Assembly (NCBI GenBank): GCA_008632985.1
Contig: QPGO01000092.1
Coordinates: 124,001-188,000, forward strand
Origin: Psammoneis japonica
Lineage: Eukaryota
Direction of reading: 5' to 3'
DNA length: 64,000 bases
Part shown: in pieces, positions 24,049 to 38,199 of the stretch
How positions within the stretch are numbered: the first letter of the stretch is position 1
Layout: every line of letters begins with the position of its first letter
The notes under the pieces: generated by a model
Database searches by the model: none
Told to the model about the DNA's origin: nothing
The model's input: only the letters and a program-made list of their open reading frames with translations
Program-made: the position numbers and the translations under genes

Positions 24049-24340
24049 GAGGGGCCAAGAAACTTCAATCTCGCGCTCGAGTGGTGTGCCTCAGTTAAGA
24101 TAGGAGAAGAGGGGGCAGGCAGACCTGGAGGAGGGCGAGAGGAAGCTTGAGGGACGGTGACGTCCACTGCAATGTAGTGATGGCGGGAGGGAGCGGAAAG
24201 GGAGGCGGGAGGGGGGATTGAAATGCCGACATCGGCGGGACGGAGAAGCGGGCGGGTGGGGAGTAGGTTGGTGGGTTCAAGATGAACGTTATTGGGGGAT
24301 CGACAGAACTCTGCAAGAGGACCCAAAGTTTGGGCTAGGT
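24049..24340 (-). mobile_element. 5'-truncated non-LTR retrotransposon fragment (restriction-like endonuclease region) running into the gap
   Basis: LGPL...VHLEP...RPADVG...YIAVDVTVP...H...R.KF is homologous to 51480-52530. TA and CG are retained. Confidence 0.7.
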
Positions 24341-24866
24341 CTGCTCTTCAAAAAGTGAGCAGGTCTGCACTTCCAAAGTTCTACGTTGGCGAACTACTGA
24401 TTAGAACGTATGTAGAATAACTATGATACCATCCGTATTCTTTCGCTGCACTACTTTTTTCATAGTAAATTATATCTATCCATCCATTTAGGTTTTAATT
24501 ACTTAATTAAATGACGTCATCATTGAATCAACATAAATATCGATGAATACAGAAAAATTTCCTTGATTTGCCGTGTTCCGCATCGGTCTGAAGTCACGTG
24601 GCTTTCGTACGAGAGGTTACGTAGCGAAAATGTGAGGGCGAATAAGCGGCCAGCGCAAACTCACCGCTGCGTAGGATCTACTGGGGTTTTATACGAAGGA
24701 GCTTTTGTATGTAACTTCTTCACGGTCAAACTACTCTCACAAACCAGCAGCAAAGGAGACAGCGAAGCAACTTGCAGCGGCGCTGGTGCTATAACCAAAC
24801 ACTCCCCTTTCTTCGTTTTTCGCATCAAATTACCGTCGTATTTATTGTATATATTATAGGTGCATC

Positions 24867-27800
24867 ATGAGGAGGCTGCGAAACTCCAATACAGGCCGTA
24901 GTACTCGAGGTTCATCGTCTTTGGATAACGATGACCGTGGCTCACGCAATGATGCATCCCGGCGAGGAGAACGTGCAGCACCGCCTCTTTCATCATCGCG
25001 ACTACGAAGAGGACGAAGTCGTACGGGACTCCCGCTATCATCGAAACGGAAAGAAACAGCGGCAGACAGTGACGATGAGAAAAAAGAACCTCCTACCGCC
25101 GAGACACCCGATTCAATTAATTCGGAGCCTCCCCCAAAACCAGAGAAAGACCCCAAGCAAGACAATTCAGAGCCACAGGCGGATAAAAATGGCGCTAAGA
25201 ATCAAGGTGAGGATGTTGAAAAAGACGCTGACCAAAATGAAAAAGACGCCGACCAAAACGAAAAAGAAGAGCCAGCATCACATCGTCGATCTGGATCTTC
25301 CGGGTCGGACGCTACGCTACAGGCAATCGTGAATGGTGTGCTCGTTACCGTCACCGTGACAGTGGGTACCAAGGACTCCAACGAAGATTCACCCTCAACC
25401 ACAGGTTTATCCACAAGGGCTCGTTCACGCCGCGGACGCGGTTTAAGTTCCGATGATAGCGCAGACAGACCCAGCAGCCGTGCGAGCTCGTTGACCCGTA
25501 GCGTGCTTGGAAACGACGGTAACCAATTTTATTGCAATGTCTGTAAGGGCTTTGGTGATGTCGTTTGCTGTGATGGGTGCCCACGCGTTTACCATCCAAC
25601 TTGCATCCCTCTCGAAGATCCGTCCAGGAAGTCGCTGGACAACGATGATGACCCGTGGTTTTGTCCCGATTGCATGCCCAAGACGGAAAAGGGTATCTCA
25701 AGTTCATCTCGAAGGTCAAGATCAAGCAGCTATGAGCGTCACGCACTAAAACGAAAGTGCAATGAATGTCAAGAGCCCGCCGGTGACATCCCCATGGAGC
25801 CTTGTGACATTTGTGGGGTGTATTTGCACCACCCATCGTGCGATGGGGAAGAAGTAAATGGGGATGCCGGTACCGTGGTCCCACTGTGCTCCAACTGCCG
25901 AGCTGAAGCAGTCGTCGCCGGGGAAGAAACAGAAAGAATTGAAAACCCTCGAAAGAAGCGCAAGCTGAGCCACCAAGACGATTTTCCCGGCAGAATGGGC
26001 CAAGACGGCGCGGAAGATGACTCGTCCTCCCATGAAGGCCAGTCAGCCCGAAAACGAAGTCGGTCGATAGATACAATTTCTGAAGACGAAGACGATTCAT
26101 CTGAAGATGATCACGATGACGACGATGACCAAGAAGATGAAGAAGACGAATACGACGCTGGAGACCAGGGTGTCAAGAGAAAACGAGGAAGGCCGCGTCT
26201 AACATTGCAGGAAAAGAACCAACGGGCAGCCGAGAAAGCTGATCTGGATCGACGTACGAGGAAGTTGAAGCGCAAGCAATCCAGGAAGAAAAAGAAGAAG
26301 AAGAAAAAGAAAGCGCGTCGCCATGATAAAGAAGCTAGCCGACATGGCAGTCCGCGTAGCTCCCCGACCAACGGCAGTTTGATACCAATGTCACCGCCGC
26401 GTCGATCGTACCATGGCTTAGTCAGAGCAACGCCTGCCTTCTTTTACTTCTTATCGGACAATCGGCTAAAAATCGAAAGAGTGCTATCCAGGAAGAAGCC
26501 AGTCTTTAACCGCCTACCAAAAGGGTTGGAGAGGACTGAAATGATCGCCAAGGAAGGTGCCATTTGGTGGGTCAAGGCTCGACAAAGCGAACAGCAGCGG
26601 TATATGAAAATGTCAATGCGTGACTTCGAAGAGCAGGTCATTGCCTGGAAAGAAGAAAAGAACATCAAGGAAATGATTGAGTCCGAGGGTCAAGATGGTG
26701 GACCGGACGTCGAAATTGGTTCGACTGACGAGGTCAACAATGCTTCTTCGCTACCTGAAGATGATCTCGTGACATACAATAATTACCAGAGATTGTACCA
26801 TGCAACGTCTGTAGGTAGCAAGCCCTTCGCTACTGAACCTGGAGAAAGTAACAACAGAGTGCTATTGGAACTGCTTCAAGATATGAGGTTTCACCCTCTT
26901 CCAATGTTTAATGCCGGTCGCACTGAAGTCGAGGATGATCAGGAGGCGCAGTCCAAAATGACAATTCCTTTTTTTGATGTACACGGGCCTGTCTCCACAA
27001 GCGTTGGTGACGAATGCCTCGGATGCGCTAGAGGGTGGAACCATTTTTGTCCGGTTATGCAGCGAAGGCTACCTGCTGTAGAGCATCGTGCGAGACTGCA
27101 ACCGCCACTAAGCTCACTCATGGCGACTCGAATTGGACTTGGACTGCAACAGGATATAGTCGATGTTAAGAAGGGCGCATTAGCGTCTGAAGAAGATGCC
27201 GAAGTTTTTAGCGTTCGGGAAACGCATGAAGCAATGCTGGCTAAGAGCTTGCCCCAGGTTCGAAACAATTTCCTAACTCAACCCAGTGCCCGAGCAGACG
27301 ACATTGTCCAGTTTATTGAGGAAGCAGTAGCTATGAAGATACCAGAACCACCGCCTCCTCGTAAACCCGGGGGGCTCGCCGAGTCCGCGAGGAAGTCCAT
27401 TCTTGCCCGGGGGGCTTTACCGACAAGAGGTCGTACCGGGAAGAGGTCTCTCGCAAGCGAGACCGTTGGCGGAGGGCGCGTCTTGAACAAATGCGGACGT
27501 TGCCGCACCATTATCGAGACAGAAACGGGATGCGTTCAGTGTCGAAGGGCTCAGCTTGTTATCAATATGTCTAAGCGACAGCCCTCTTCTTCGAAACGAG
27601 ATTCGGGAGCTGGCGGCGGTAAAGAAGGATATCTTACTGTGCAAACAACAATGGTTGGACGTCTCAACGTCAAGGAAAGCAACTTTGAAAAACAAAGCGT
27701 GGAGACCGAGCCGTAAGCAACGCTATGACTGGCATGAGATGGGCGCCGACCTCTGTCCTTCCGCCTCAAGAGTTTAGAGTTCCGAGGCCCAATCCAGTCA

Positions 27801-29773
27801 TTGAAATTGCGTCTTCTGATGAAGAAAGTGACGCCGATTCGGCGAATGAGCAAGAGAAGGTTGGTCCATCAGACTCTGAAGATTCGAGAGGTAACGAGAA
27901 GGGAGACATCAAAGAAGTCTCTCCCGAAACTGAACCTGCCGGCAGCGGGATGGCACAAGAAGAAAGGTTGGGAACAACGTCGATGAAAGAAGAGGAAGAA
28001 GAACGTGAAGAACAGAAGTCGTCCGTAAGGTCGCTGCCAACTCGTTCGACAAGGCAGCGCACAAGTGCTCGACTTGGGTTGACGGATTCTGCAAGCGCAG
28101 TTAGTGCTACTGATGGGTGGGATCCCATAGATCGGCAGACCTTGGCAAAAGCTCACCAAGAGGAAGCCACCGAGATTCACAAACGATGCATTGGGATTGC
28201 GTCAAGTGGGATTCTTCTTGCCATGATGAGGAGAGATCCTCTGTGGTTATTTGCGGAACCTGTACCAGCTAGTGTTGTCGGCTATTCCTTGATTGTCAAG
28301 GAGCCGATCGATTTCGGGAAAATTCGAAAGAAGGTTCTTGGATGGAAATACTCTAGCTTTGGAGCATTCATTTCCGACGCACGTCTGTTGTGTACCAATG
28401 CTCTAGCATATAACCCACCTGGTTCCATTTATTCCAAAACCGCGAGAGAGCTCTATGATGTGTTGGAAGTAATGCAGAAACGAGCAACCAATTGGATTGG
28501 GGCAATTCGAGATGCACACGCTTCGTCCTTTGCGTGGAAGGGCCCAGGAGGCGGGCGCTCCGATGACAGTGACGACGACAGCAATTCTAGCGAAGTCAAA
28601 TACGATCCTTTCAAGGAATTGCGAAAAAGCTGGCCGGAGGCCGTCGAAATGTATGAAAATGGTGACTGGGCGCGTCGTCAAATTGATGCTGACTTTATGA
28701 GAACCAGAGAGAATGAATTTGCCTATTACGGCAGCCTCGCTATCCGACGTGCGGCCGTCGCCGCTGGAGCTTCTTTGGCTCATTATACCGATCAGAGCGG
28801 TTTTCACAATTGTGTGGTTCGGCGTAATCATCTTGACGACGAGGGCTTGCGCCAACAGATCGACAGGCGTGTCGCTCGATTAGGAAATCCTGTACAGCTC
28901 AAGGACATGCCCACCTGGAGAGAAGAAGTGATCATTCGTATCTTGCGTCGTGTACAGAGCCGACGTGTGGAGGGTCGCATTGCTTCCGAGAATGGATGTG
29001 CCAAGTGTGATCCAATTAGCATCGAGCCCGAAACCAAAATGGCAATGACCGCTGAATCTCTTCGGTGGGGTCGCAACAAGAAGAAGGGCGAACTCGACAC
29101 TGTGCCACGAATGGATAAATCTCGACTGGCACTTAGCACGGGTCTCGCCAGTGCTAAAGCTCGTGAACGCCTCGAAGAGACGGACAAACGAGACGACAAG
29201 AAAAAGGTACCTGGCGAAGTGAGTGACATTTCCGTGAGTGTCCGCGGCAGTAGTATCCATGGATGGGGTCTATTCGCCGATCAACCATTCAAGAGTGGAG
29301 AGATTGTTGCTGAGTATGTTGGAGAGTACATTGGCAATGCTGTGGCGGATGCGCGAGAGAAAATGTATCAAGAACAACGCATTCAAGAGTACAAGTTCCG
29401 TGTCGACGAGAATCTTGTGATTGATGCCACCATGCGGGGTGGACACGGACGGTACATTAACCACAACTGCAATCCCAACTGCGTGGCCAAAATCGTAGAA
29501 GGCGAAGCACCCAACAAGCATCTCAAACGAGTCCTCATTATTAGTCAGCGGGACATTCAAGCACGCGAGGAGATCACCTACGACTACCAGTTCCCCTTGG
29601 AACTTGATTTGGACGAGCGAATTCCGTGTAATTGCGGATCTATGGAGTGCCGTGGGTTTATGAATTGGGACTTGCCTGAGAAGGGATCCAAAAATCGCAT
29701 CGACAGGACCCAAAAACGCGGTGGAAATATGCGAGATCGAATTCGCCGACTAGGTCGTCCACTCAAGAAGTAA
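24867..29773 (+). CDS. SET1/Trithorax-type histone lysine methyltransferase with PHD, AT-hook, HMG-like, bromodomain, SET and post-SET, about 1635 aa
   Basis: PHD CNVC...CCDGCPRVYHPTC...WFCPDC; KRKRGRPR; bromodomain LFAEPVP...PIDF...NALAYN; SET IHGWGLFA...EYVGE...RYINHNCNPNC...EEITYDY; CNCGSMECRG. The two ORFs join with a single 1-bp frameshift near 27700 (GDRAVSNAMTG). Confidence 0.9.
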
Positions 29774-30389
29774 AATGCAACGAAAAAATATACAAAGCGT
29801 AGAGTCTAGGACGTACACAGGTCGAATATTGGAAGAATTGTAAATACTGAGAACTAAAGACCACTGTCTAAAGAATCGTGCACGCCCTCTAAAGGCTCTC
29901 CAAAGACAAAGTTAGGTTGTAGGCCCTAGAATGATCCGTTCTCCTGCTTCTCTGCTCGCTACAAGTATCGGTAGAGCTCACGGCTTGCCCCCGTCTCTTC
30001 AGTTTCAAGTTGTCTTTTTTGATGTGCTCTCTCGCACTCAACCTCGCGGTTGTTGAGCTCAGTTGAACCTCGTACATCCGGGTAGCGTTATGTAGCGATC
30101 AGTATTATTCCTACATACGTAATATCTCAGTACTTTATTTACTTCTCACGAAATGCGCGCAAAGATATTTGGGATTGCTGTGGTCGACCTCGCACGTTGA
30201 TACTTGATACTGTATACGATTATTCTTGTGAACGTTCTGAGACAAACTGAACGTTGGCATCATTGCGTTCTTCTTGTCGATAGTACTGGGAGTGTCGACT
30301 CTAGAGTATCCTGCTAGAGTTGCTGGGAATTGACGTGTTCGAATTAAACGAACGTTTTTGCGCCGTTCTTGTTCTCGGAGCTTGTCACC

Positions 30390-33192
30390 ATGATGCAACA
30401 CTGGCTTTCATCGCAGAGAGGGAGCGTTGACCGTGTTTCAAAGTCTTCTTCTTTCAAGAATGCTCTTGTATCGATACCGGTGCATCCAAAATTAATCGAT
30501 GGAGTGACTGTCATCCGAGTGTTTGCAAACGGAAAAACAGAACTCAATTTCTTGACACTTAGCGATGATAAGTTCACCGTGTTCATAACGGCCTCCAAGG
30601 TTGAGGGAGGAAGCAATTCGAGCAAAAGCAGTTCCCTCTTGAAGCCTCTTAGTTTGTTTCGCAGCCGATCGACGGGTGAATACAGCGACGACCTTGCGGT
30701 GGATATCGGGTCGATTGACCGTGTTCAGCGCGGACAAGTGGTACGAACCAAAATTCTCTCTATTCGTTCTACATTTATTGCTTGCACTTACCTTCGACCT
30801 GTTCATTTTGTAAGACTCATCAATTCGAGTTGGCGCGCAAACGTTCTGTGGACAGCGATAATGTCAGCAGCGCCAGTTCTGTGAATGCGTCCGTCGGTGG
30901 TACCTCTGAACTTAGTCCGAAACGATCATTTTCAATATTTCTTAGTTCAGGTCAAACGATAGATTTAATGACTGTGGATACGAGACGAGATGAAATCGCC
31001 GATGCACTGGATCGGGTCATTCGGGCTTATCAACAAGCAAAGACCTTGGTGGCCACAAATGTGTTGTTGCTGCGTTATGTCTGGCTGGATGTAGACACGG
31101 ACAAGTCAAATACAATCAATGCGACAGAGATTGGGCTAGTCTTGGAACGGATCAACTTTTATATGAAAAAGAGCAAAGTAAACGAGGAGTACAAGCGCTT
31201 CGCCAAAATCATTGGACTCGATCGAAGTACCATTAAGAATGTTGGTTTGACATTTGAACAGACGTGTACCTTTCTGCACAAGATCAAGCGTGACACATGG
31301 CAAGTCAAGCCCGTGAATCTGATTTGGAATGATTGTTTTGGGGAATTCATGAACAATGGCAAGGTACGAACGACTGTGTCCGCTCGAAGCTTTCTAGACA
31401 ACTTTCTGCATAAAAAGCAAAAGGAAGTCAATGTTACCATTGATCAGGTGAAACAATTATTTGAGCGGTTGAATCAAATGGAAATGGAGCACGTTGCTGA
31501 TGCTCGTGGAGGGGACAATGATCCGTACAGAATCGACAAGAATAGATTTGAGGCTTACTTGATTGGAAAAGAAAACGATGCTTTTGATCCACAAAAAGCG
31601 AGGTATGACAAGAGATTAATGACAAAGCCTCTCTCTGAGTATTGGGTGAACTCTAGTCACAACACGTACTTGACCGGGCATCAGTTCACGTCCCATTCCA
31701 GTGTTGAAATGTACATTAACAGTCTGTACCGCGGGTGTCGATGTTTGGAACTTGACATTTGGGACGGAGAGCTGGATCCGATGACGAAACGACCAATTCC
31801 AATAGTATGGCATGGGTAAGACAATCTATCTGTTCCCGCATACTTCGTGACTCGACTCGGCTTAAGACTTGTGTATCTGACGTTGCATCCTGTTTCGTTT
31901 CTCAAAAGACGCACCATGACGACCAAGATTCGCTTTGTGGATATTATCAAATCAATCAAAGTGTTTTTGAATTTCAATCCGGCTGCCTTTCCGATTATTC
32001 TATCCTTTGAAAATCATTGTAGTATTCCCTATCAGGAAGTGATGGCAGAAGACATGGTGCGGGTATTGGGAGATCGCCTTTATGTTCCGACAGAGCAATC
32101 GTTGTTTGGCCGACTGCCTACGCCAAGGGAGTAAGTGAATTGCAAAAAAGCGCCCCCTGTTGTGTTTTGCCTTGACTGAAATTTTCACCACGACGATCAA
32201 ACTCTTCTCCGTTTAGACTGAGGGGTATGGTAGTGATAAAAGGCAGACGGCCGGATGGGGCGGTGGACGATGAAGATATCACGCAATACGACAGTGACGA
32301 TGATGCGTCAGATCAAGCATACATTATGGCGGGAGAACGAACTCCGCCATCGACACCTACTGCCTCTGTCAAACACCACGGAGTTTGCCCACAAATGGCT
32401 CGTCTCACGCTCTTTCACGGAAATAGGCACAAGAACTGGGAGAAAAGCATTCAGAGTCCAACAAATCACATGCACTCTTTTAGCGAATCCAAAGTGCGCA
32501 GTTTGATTCGGCAAAATCGAGATCAATTGTGGACAATATACAACCAAACCCACTTTACCAGAACCTACCCCGCTGGTTCAAGGATGGATTCAAGTAACTA
32601 CAGTCCAATGTTGGCTTGGTCTGTTGGGTCTCAACTAGTGGCGCTGAACTTTCAAACCTCTGATCCTTTTTTGCGGCTGAACGACGGGCGGTTTCGAGAG
32701 AATGGCGGGTGCGGTTATGTGCTGAAACCTTCGGCCTTGATGATCAAGGAGGAATTCACGCAATTGTCGCCAGTCAAGTTGTCAGTGCAAGTTCTTAGCG
32801 GATCGTGTCTTCCCAAGCCTAAGGGAGAACTCAGGGGCGAATGCATTAGTCCTTATGTTCAGGTTTCTGTCTACGATATTGTTGGCGAGGAAAAGGATAC
32901 GGTCGTGTCTTTCAACACTCCCGTTGTACAGTACAATGGTTTCTTTCCTATTTGGAATCATGAGAAGTTCCTGTTTCTTGTCGAAAACGGTGCTGTGGCA
33001 ATGCTGCAGCTAACCGTCTTTGACAGCACGAGGAATGATTTCGTGGCGAGTGCATCGATCCCAATTTCTTGTTTGCGCCCTGGTTATCGGAGTGTGCAGC
33101 TATTTGATGAACGCAACACGAGAAAGGGTCCCTTTGACTTTGCGTCCTTGCTAATTGAGGTGAAGTTGAGAAAGTACATTGCAGAGATATAG
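30390..33192 (+). CDS. Phosphoinositide phospholipase C (PH-like, EF-hand, X, Y, C2)
   Basis: Exons 30390-30740, 30815-31815, 31909-32130, 32217-33192 with in-phase GT-AG introns. SSHNTYL, GCRCLELDIWDG, ILSFENHC, RTYPAGSRMDSSNY, ALNFQT, LRPGYRSV. Confidence 0.95.
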
Positions 33193-33235
33193 AACTAATT
33201 GCAACTACAAGTATCTAACGTTGCTTGAAATAGGA

Positions 33236-35532
33236 TCAATAACGTCGCAAACCACAAGCCTTGTCAGCACTCTTTTTCTTTTTCCCGCGGCGTTCGCGTC
33301 CCTTCGCGGCGTTCGGATTACGTCGTCCAAACCAACCTTGATGTCGTCCCTCTTGAACACATCTGCATGGCAGCCCACATTCGAAGCAAGGTCACTGCCA
33401 AACATGGATTGAGCTGCACTTCTTGCTTTTCCGCCTGATCTCTTCTTTACCTTTTGATTCCATGCACCTGTAAGCAACTGATCCTCTCGTAATAGCAAGT
33501 CGCCCTGAAATCGATTGTTCTGAAAAACAAAAGCGAGTACAACTTGTCAGCCAAGACTTTTAAAAGGTACACACAACGAAATCCAACACGAACTCACAGA
33601 TCCCGGTTTCGGCAGCGAGTATTTCGTTCCACGCAAGTTGTGCTTGTACTTTTCGACAAGTGCAACCGTAAGCGTCCGGTTTTGCCGTCAACACTGGCTG
33701 CAATGCGCTGCATCATATCACTACCACATCGAGCACAAAAAGACGTTTCATGTTGGTATTGGGGTCATTGCCATCGGCATATACTGTGAAGCAGGCACCA
33801 CAACGCATGACCCATGACTTGAGCTTCCGAACCTTCATACCGTCGACAGACAAGAGTTCCAAGTTCATTTGCAAAATCACATTCTGCATGGCAAAGTCAG
33901 TCGTAGCGCAAGCAGCACGCTGGCACATGGGTGGACCTTGAGGCTGCTTTAAAGCTGCATTGTTGCTGTGCCCACGGGACGATGGGTCCAATATTCCGTC
34001 AGACTTCATTTTGCGAATATCCTTGACGGATGTAATCCATCCTTCTCCGTCGTCTTCTACTTGAGCGGTCTGGCCCGAAAAAGCCATGCCACCAATGATG
34101 CGAGATTGTGAGACGTCTGTGTGGTTGCATTTTCATCGTCATCGGTGGTAATGTCAGGAGTCACAGTCTCCACCCCAGACGTGTAGTAGGCCTCCTCTTC
34201 CGTCTTGTTCTTGGATCGTGCCTTGGGCTTGACAACGTCGCCGTACTTTCGAAATGAATTGTACAGCTTGCCAGAGTTGGTACGCGGTTCAAGTGCCTTG
34301 GCTTTCCTCTTTTCTGCTTGTTCCTTTGCAAGAATAGCAGCAGTCTTCTTCTCTATGCCTTGGTCTTCGCCCTCCTCCTCGTCGTCGCTCGCTTCGTAGG
34401 GGACTTGCATGGCAGCAGCCAAGCTGGGAAAGTCCGAAACTAGCTCCTCCTCCAGAGAAGACCCCGTGGTCTGTCCAGGAATGAGAGTCGTCACCTCTGT
34501 CGTGTGATCAGGATTTCTGCGTTCTTCAACTTGCTCGGGGTCCAAAATGTACACATCACACTCCTCGTCGCTCACGTCTCTATCACTGTCGGCGTATCGT
34601 TCGTCGTCCGAGGATGTACTCATGTCTTCTTCTGCGTCACTGAACTGACCCTCTACAACATTGTCTATGCCCGTTTGGGGAGAGATACTATCAGAACGAC
34701 TATTCCCAATGTTCATTGACCCAAAGTTTGCGTTCAAAACTGCGTCAGCAACCTTTGCTTCACTTTCTTCTTTGGCTTGTGGGGGTTGCGAACTAGCTGC
34801 CGATGGATTCACAAGCATGGCCCACGACTTGGGAGCGTTGGATTGGGTGACACTTTGCTGTTCTGCGGAGGTTGTGCTTCCGTCCGCATCCGTTGTAGTT
34901 GCGTCGTTTGTGTCTAGAGGTATAGAAGGCGGGGACTGAAAGTAAGCTGCATTCTCGTTAGCAGCCGCTGCTCCGTCTTCGGACGATTCCTGTGGATTCT
35001 GATCACTCACAGGTTCAGTATTTGAATCCGTCTGTTTTGGTTTCAGAGACTCGATTCTACCAACGCCCAGGGTCTTCTTGGGCTGAGTCCGTACGTGGTC
35101 CATGTCTCCGTTGTTTGCTTCGCACTCCAAATCATACAAAAGACCCAACACTTGTAGATCGACACTGCTTAAACTGGCATAATCACCCGTCTGTCTCGCA
35201 AAATCCACCATGGCTTGAATACCCTTGGGCGACGGCTCTCTCGTCTTGAGGTCAAACGGAAGCTGCGTCAAGTGTTGTCGCGCATGGGCATCACGAATTT
35301 CATCAATCACGGCCGGCACCGTCACATACGACTGCGCACGGTTTCGTAGGGACGTCATTCCAGTCAAACGAATGATTGGACCCGAATCCAGAACAAGGTA
35401 CTTGTATCTATCATCATTGGCATCCGAGGAAACATTGCTTGCCGTGCTACTGCTTGTTAATGTTGGTGCTGCAGCTTCGGACGGTGTTTCCAGAGAAGAA
35501 CTCGGTTCGTTCGAATCGTCAGCCGTCGACAT
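33236..35532 (-). CDS. NOB1: NOB1 20S pre-rRNA endonuclease (PIN domain + zinc ribbon)
   Basis: LVLDSGPII, EIRD, TGDYASLSSVDL, GWIT, TTDFAMQNVILQM, RCGACF, FCARCG, GRRNPN. Intron 33520-33597. Four apparent frameshifts near 34105, 33740, 33650 and 33330. Confidence 0.92.
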
Positions 35533-36016
35533 CTTTCTATGCAACAGATCAAAATCGAAGTGAATCACTTCTGCGGCGTCGACTATTCCCTGTAATGTCA
35601 CTGGCTTTGATTCTTCAGCTGCCCTTTCCCAGCTTGCGTTGTTGTTCTTCTTGTCGTTTTGTTGTTTTGTTGGCGGCAGTTTTTGCAAAAAAGGAAGACA
35701 AAAAGACGTGGTTGGTCGCGAAGTGAGACGGACGAAGGACAGAAAACTCGGTCGAAGCAAGACGGAGTTAGATAGAACCCCCATACCGTATATGAAAATA
35801 TTTGAGCTTGTATGTGAACATTTCATGCAGTCCCGTGCAAGACTGAATTGGTGGCGGGAGAACAAAACGAACGCTTCGTCTCATTTTTTCAATCGCGTTT
35901 TGATTGGGCAAGCAGTTTGGCAAAAACTGCACGGAGACAAGGTTTCGTTAGCCGTCATTGATAGCTCAAATCAAAGTTGGTTCTTTTACTCACAATTGCA
36001 CTTATTTTGGGTCAAA

Positions 36017-36734
36017 ATGCATCTGCCCTCAGAGCACGAGAACCGAGAAGGTCTTCATGAAACTCCTTCCAGCATGGTGACATTAGTTGCGCAACCACTT
36101 CATGCTGAAATGGTGTGTAGCACGCCGTCCAAAGATGTATGCATCGAGAAGAAATTTGACAATCGCGGAAGAATCACAGAGATCCATGTCCTTCCTGAAA
36201 ACAAGGCATCTCTGTCGAGTATCTTGTCGCAAGAGAATAATTTCAACAGTTCTGACCTCTCCAACACCCTAACAAGACTCTGTTCGTTTGGATGCTCCAA
36301 CATTGTGCACCTTCCACCCGAAATTGGCCGCCTCTACAGACTCGAGCACCTGGATCTGGGAAAATGCCAGAACCTCAAGACGATTTGTCCAGAAATTGGT
36401 CAGTTACGTTGTTTGAAGGCATTGGAGCTGCATCACTGCAACAAGCTAGAATCGTTGCCACCCGAAATCGGTAACCTGGAAAGCCTCGAGGAGTTGAATC
36501 TCATGGGCTGCGAGAAACTGAAACGAATACCAAACACTATTGAAGGACTATCAAAGCTAAAGGAGTTGGACATTCGATTCTGTACCCAGACTCACAGTTC
36601 TACCGATTGAAATCGGCAGCCTTGGCGATCAGAAACTCGAGTACCTCAACACTTATGGTTGTTCCAGTCTAGTAGTTCCACCGCCCGAATTAAAGTTTGA
36701 TGAAGAGATAATTTCGTTCATGAGAGATTTATAG
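36017..36734 (+). CDS. Leucine-rich repeat protein
   Basis: Repeats of LPPEIGxLxxLExLxLxxCxxL. A frameshift near 36586 continues as LTVLPIEIGSLG. The C-terminus is uncertain because the frame stays open past the TAG to about 36890. Confidence 0.75.
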
Positions 36735-37030
36735 CATTTACGGATGACGAGTCTTTCCAATCCGAACGACAAGTCAGAGTCGCCCAACGACACGCGACAG
36801 GTTGTGCGCTCGCCGAGAAACTCTACCAGAAAAGGAAAAAGACACTCTCGTCGCTCTATTGTGTTGGTCGAGCCGATGCGAGCAGAATGATTCATGAATA
36901 CTAGCAATGGACGTTGAACAAAGGGACCGTCAAATAAGAAAATAGATTTTATTTGACAAACACACAGATTATATGCGTACTCCTTTCAGCCGATCACATG
37001 TATCTTTTCATTTATCCATCAAGAAACCCT

Positions 37031-38199
37031 CTATTCGTTTGTTGCCAAAACCTTTTGGTCTTCTTCAATGACCTCTGTTGTTAGCGTAATGTTCCCCATC
37101 TGCTCTACGAGGTTCGTCAAGGCCGTGACAAAGGTTTCGGATTCGTCCGTGTGTGTTTCCCAAACGACTGCGCGGTCATGCTGCAAGCGATACAATTTTG
37201 CTAAATCTTCGTGGACCACCATGGGGATACCATAGGCAACGGCTTGAACAATGCTTCCTGTTAGCTTTTTGTGGCTTGAGGATTTGTCAAAGTAATCTCG
37301 TGTATTTTTGGTATCCAACAGCGGCAAGAGCACGTCACAATTCGAAGCAACCGTGTGCTGAAATTCAACAAAATCCTTGATGCTCTCATGGGTGGTGATC
37401 TCATCATAATCCTTTAATGCGTCTGGAAATTCACCCTTACCAAAGAGATTAATCTTGATGAGTTTCGTAGCTTCGCCTTCTGGAAGGGATTTCAAAAAGT
37501 CAACCAAAAAGCCAAAGTTTCGGCGACCGCCTGACCCAATTACGCAAAGACTCAGTGGCAGCTTTGCTGTCAAAGTAGCCCTTCTAGAAGTGGATGGAGT
37601 AGGAAGAACCGAAGGAAAGATGTAACGTTCATGATGAGGACTCAACCAAAAGGCTCTTGGATTGTCCTCCATGTCATCACAACGCTCGTGAAAAACACAA
37701 ATCGTGTCTTTTTCTCGCTTCATCATGGCCTTGTACTCGTCTGTGCAATAGCAAGAAGCCTCGACCGTGGCATCGTACTCGGTCTTGACTTGGTCGCTGT
37801 AGGTTTTAGAAACGAGCTTGACACTGGAAGCAGTCCTTGTTTCTCCGTTGGCATTGTAGTTCTTGTTTACCATCTCGTCATTAAAGTACTTCTCCCAAGA
37901 CATTCCCTGGCTACTGTAACGAAGGATAAAGTCAAAGACAATGTTGCTGCGGTCACATTCGTTTGAAAGAGGAAGTAATTCAACAGGAAATAGAGCCAAA
38001 AGGACTCGAGAATCTCCGTATGAAAGTTGACCTTATAGTTGGAAACGAGCACCTTGCATGCGTCAGGTTCCTCTTTGACATCAACGTTGGAGAGTGCTCG
38101 AGGAGTCCGTTCAATACCTCTGTGCATTCGTAAAAGCATCAGAATGGACAGGAACGACAGTCCTGTAACTAGTACTTGCAGAGCGCCAAAGTTCTTCAT
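37031..38199 (-). CDS. Membrane-anchored protein, possibly glycosyltransferase-like
   Basis: N-terminal hydrophobic anchor (38199 start). One frameshift near 38000 in a T run joins HTEILES to ALFPVELLP. C-terminal KLTGSIVQAVAYGIPMVV is GT-B-like (inference). Confidence 0.65.

Noticed and set aside
23338..24326. Long ORFs spanning the N run
   Set aside because: Artefacts of translating the gap.
35533..36016. N-terminal extensions of NOB1 (from 35865) and the LRR gene (from 35639)
   Set aside because: They overlap each other across a divergent promoter region; the ATGs at 35532 and 36017 fit better.
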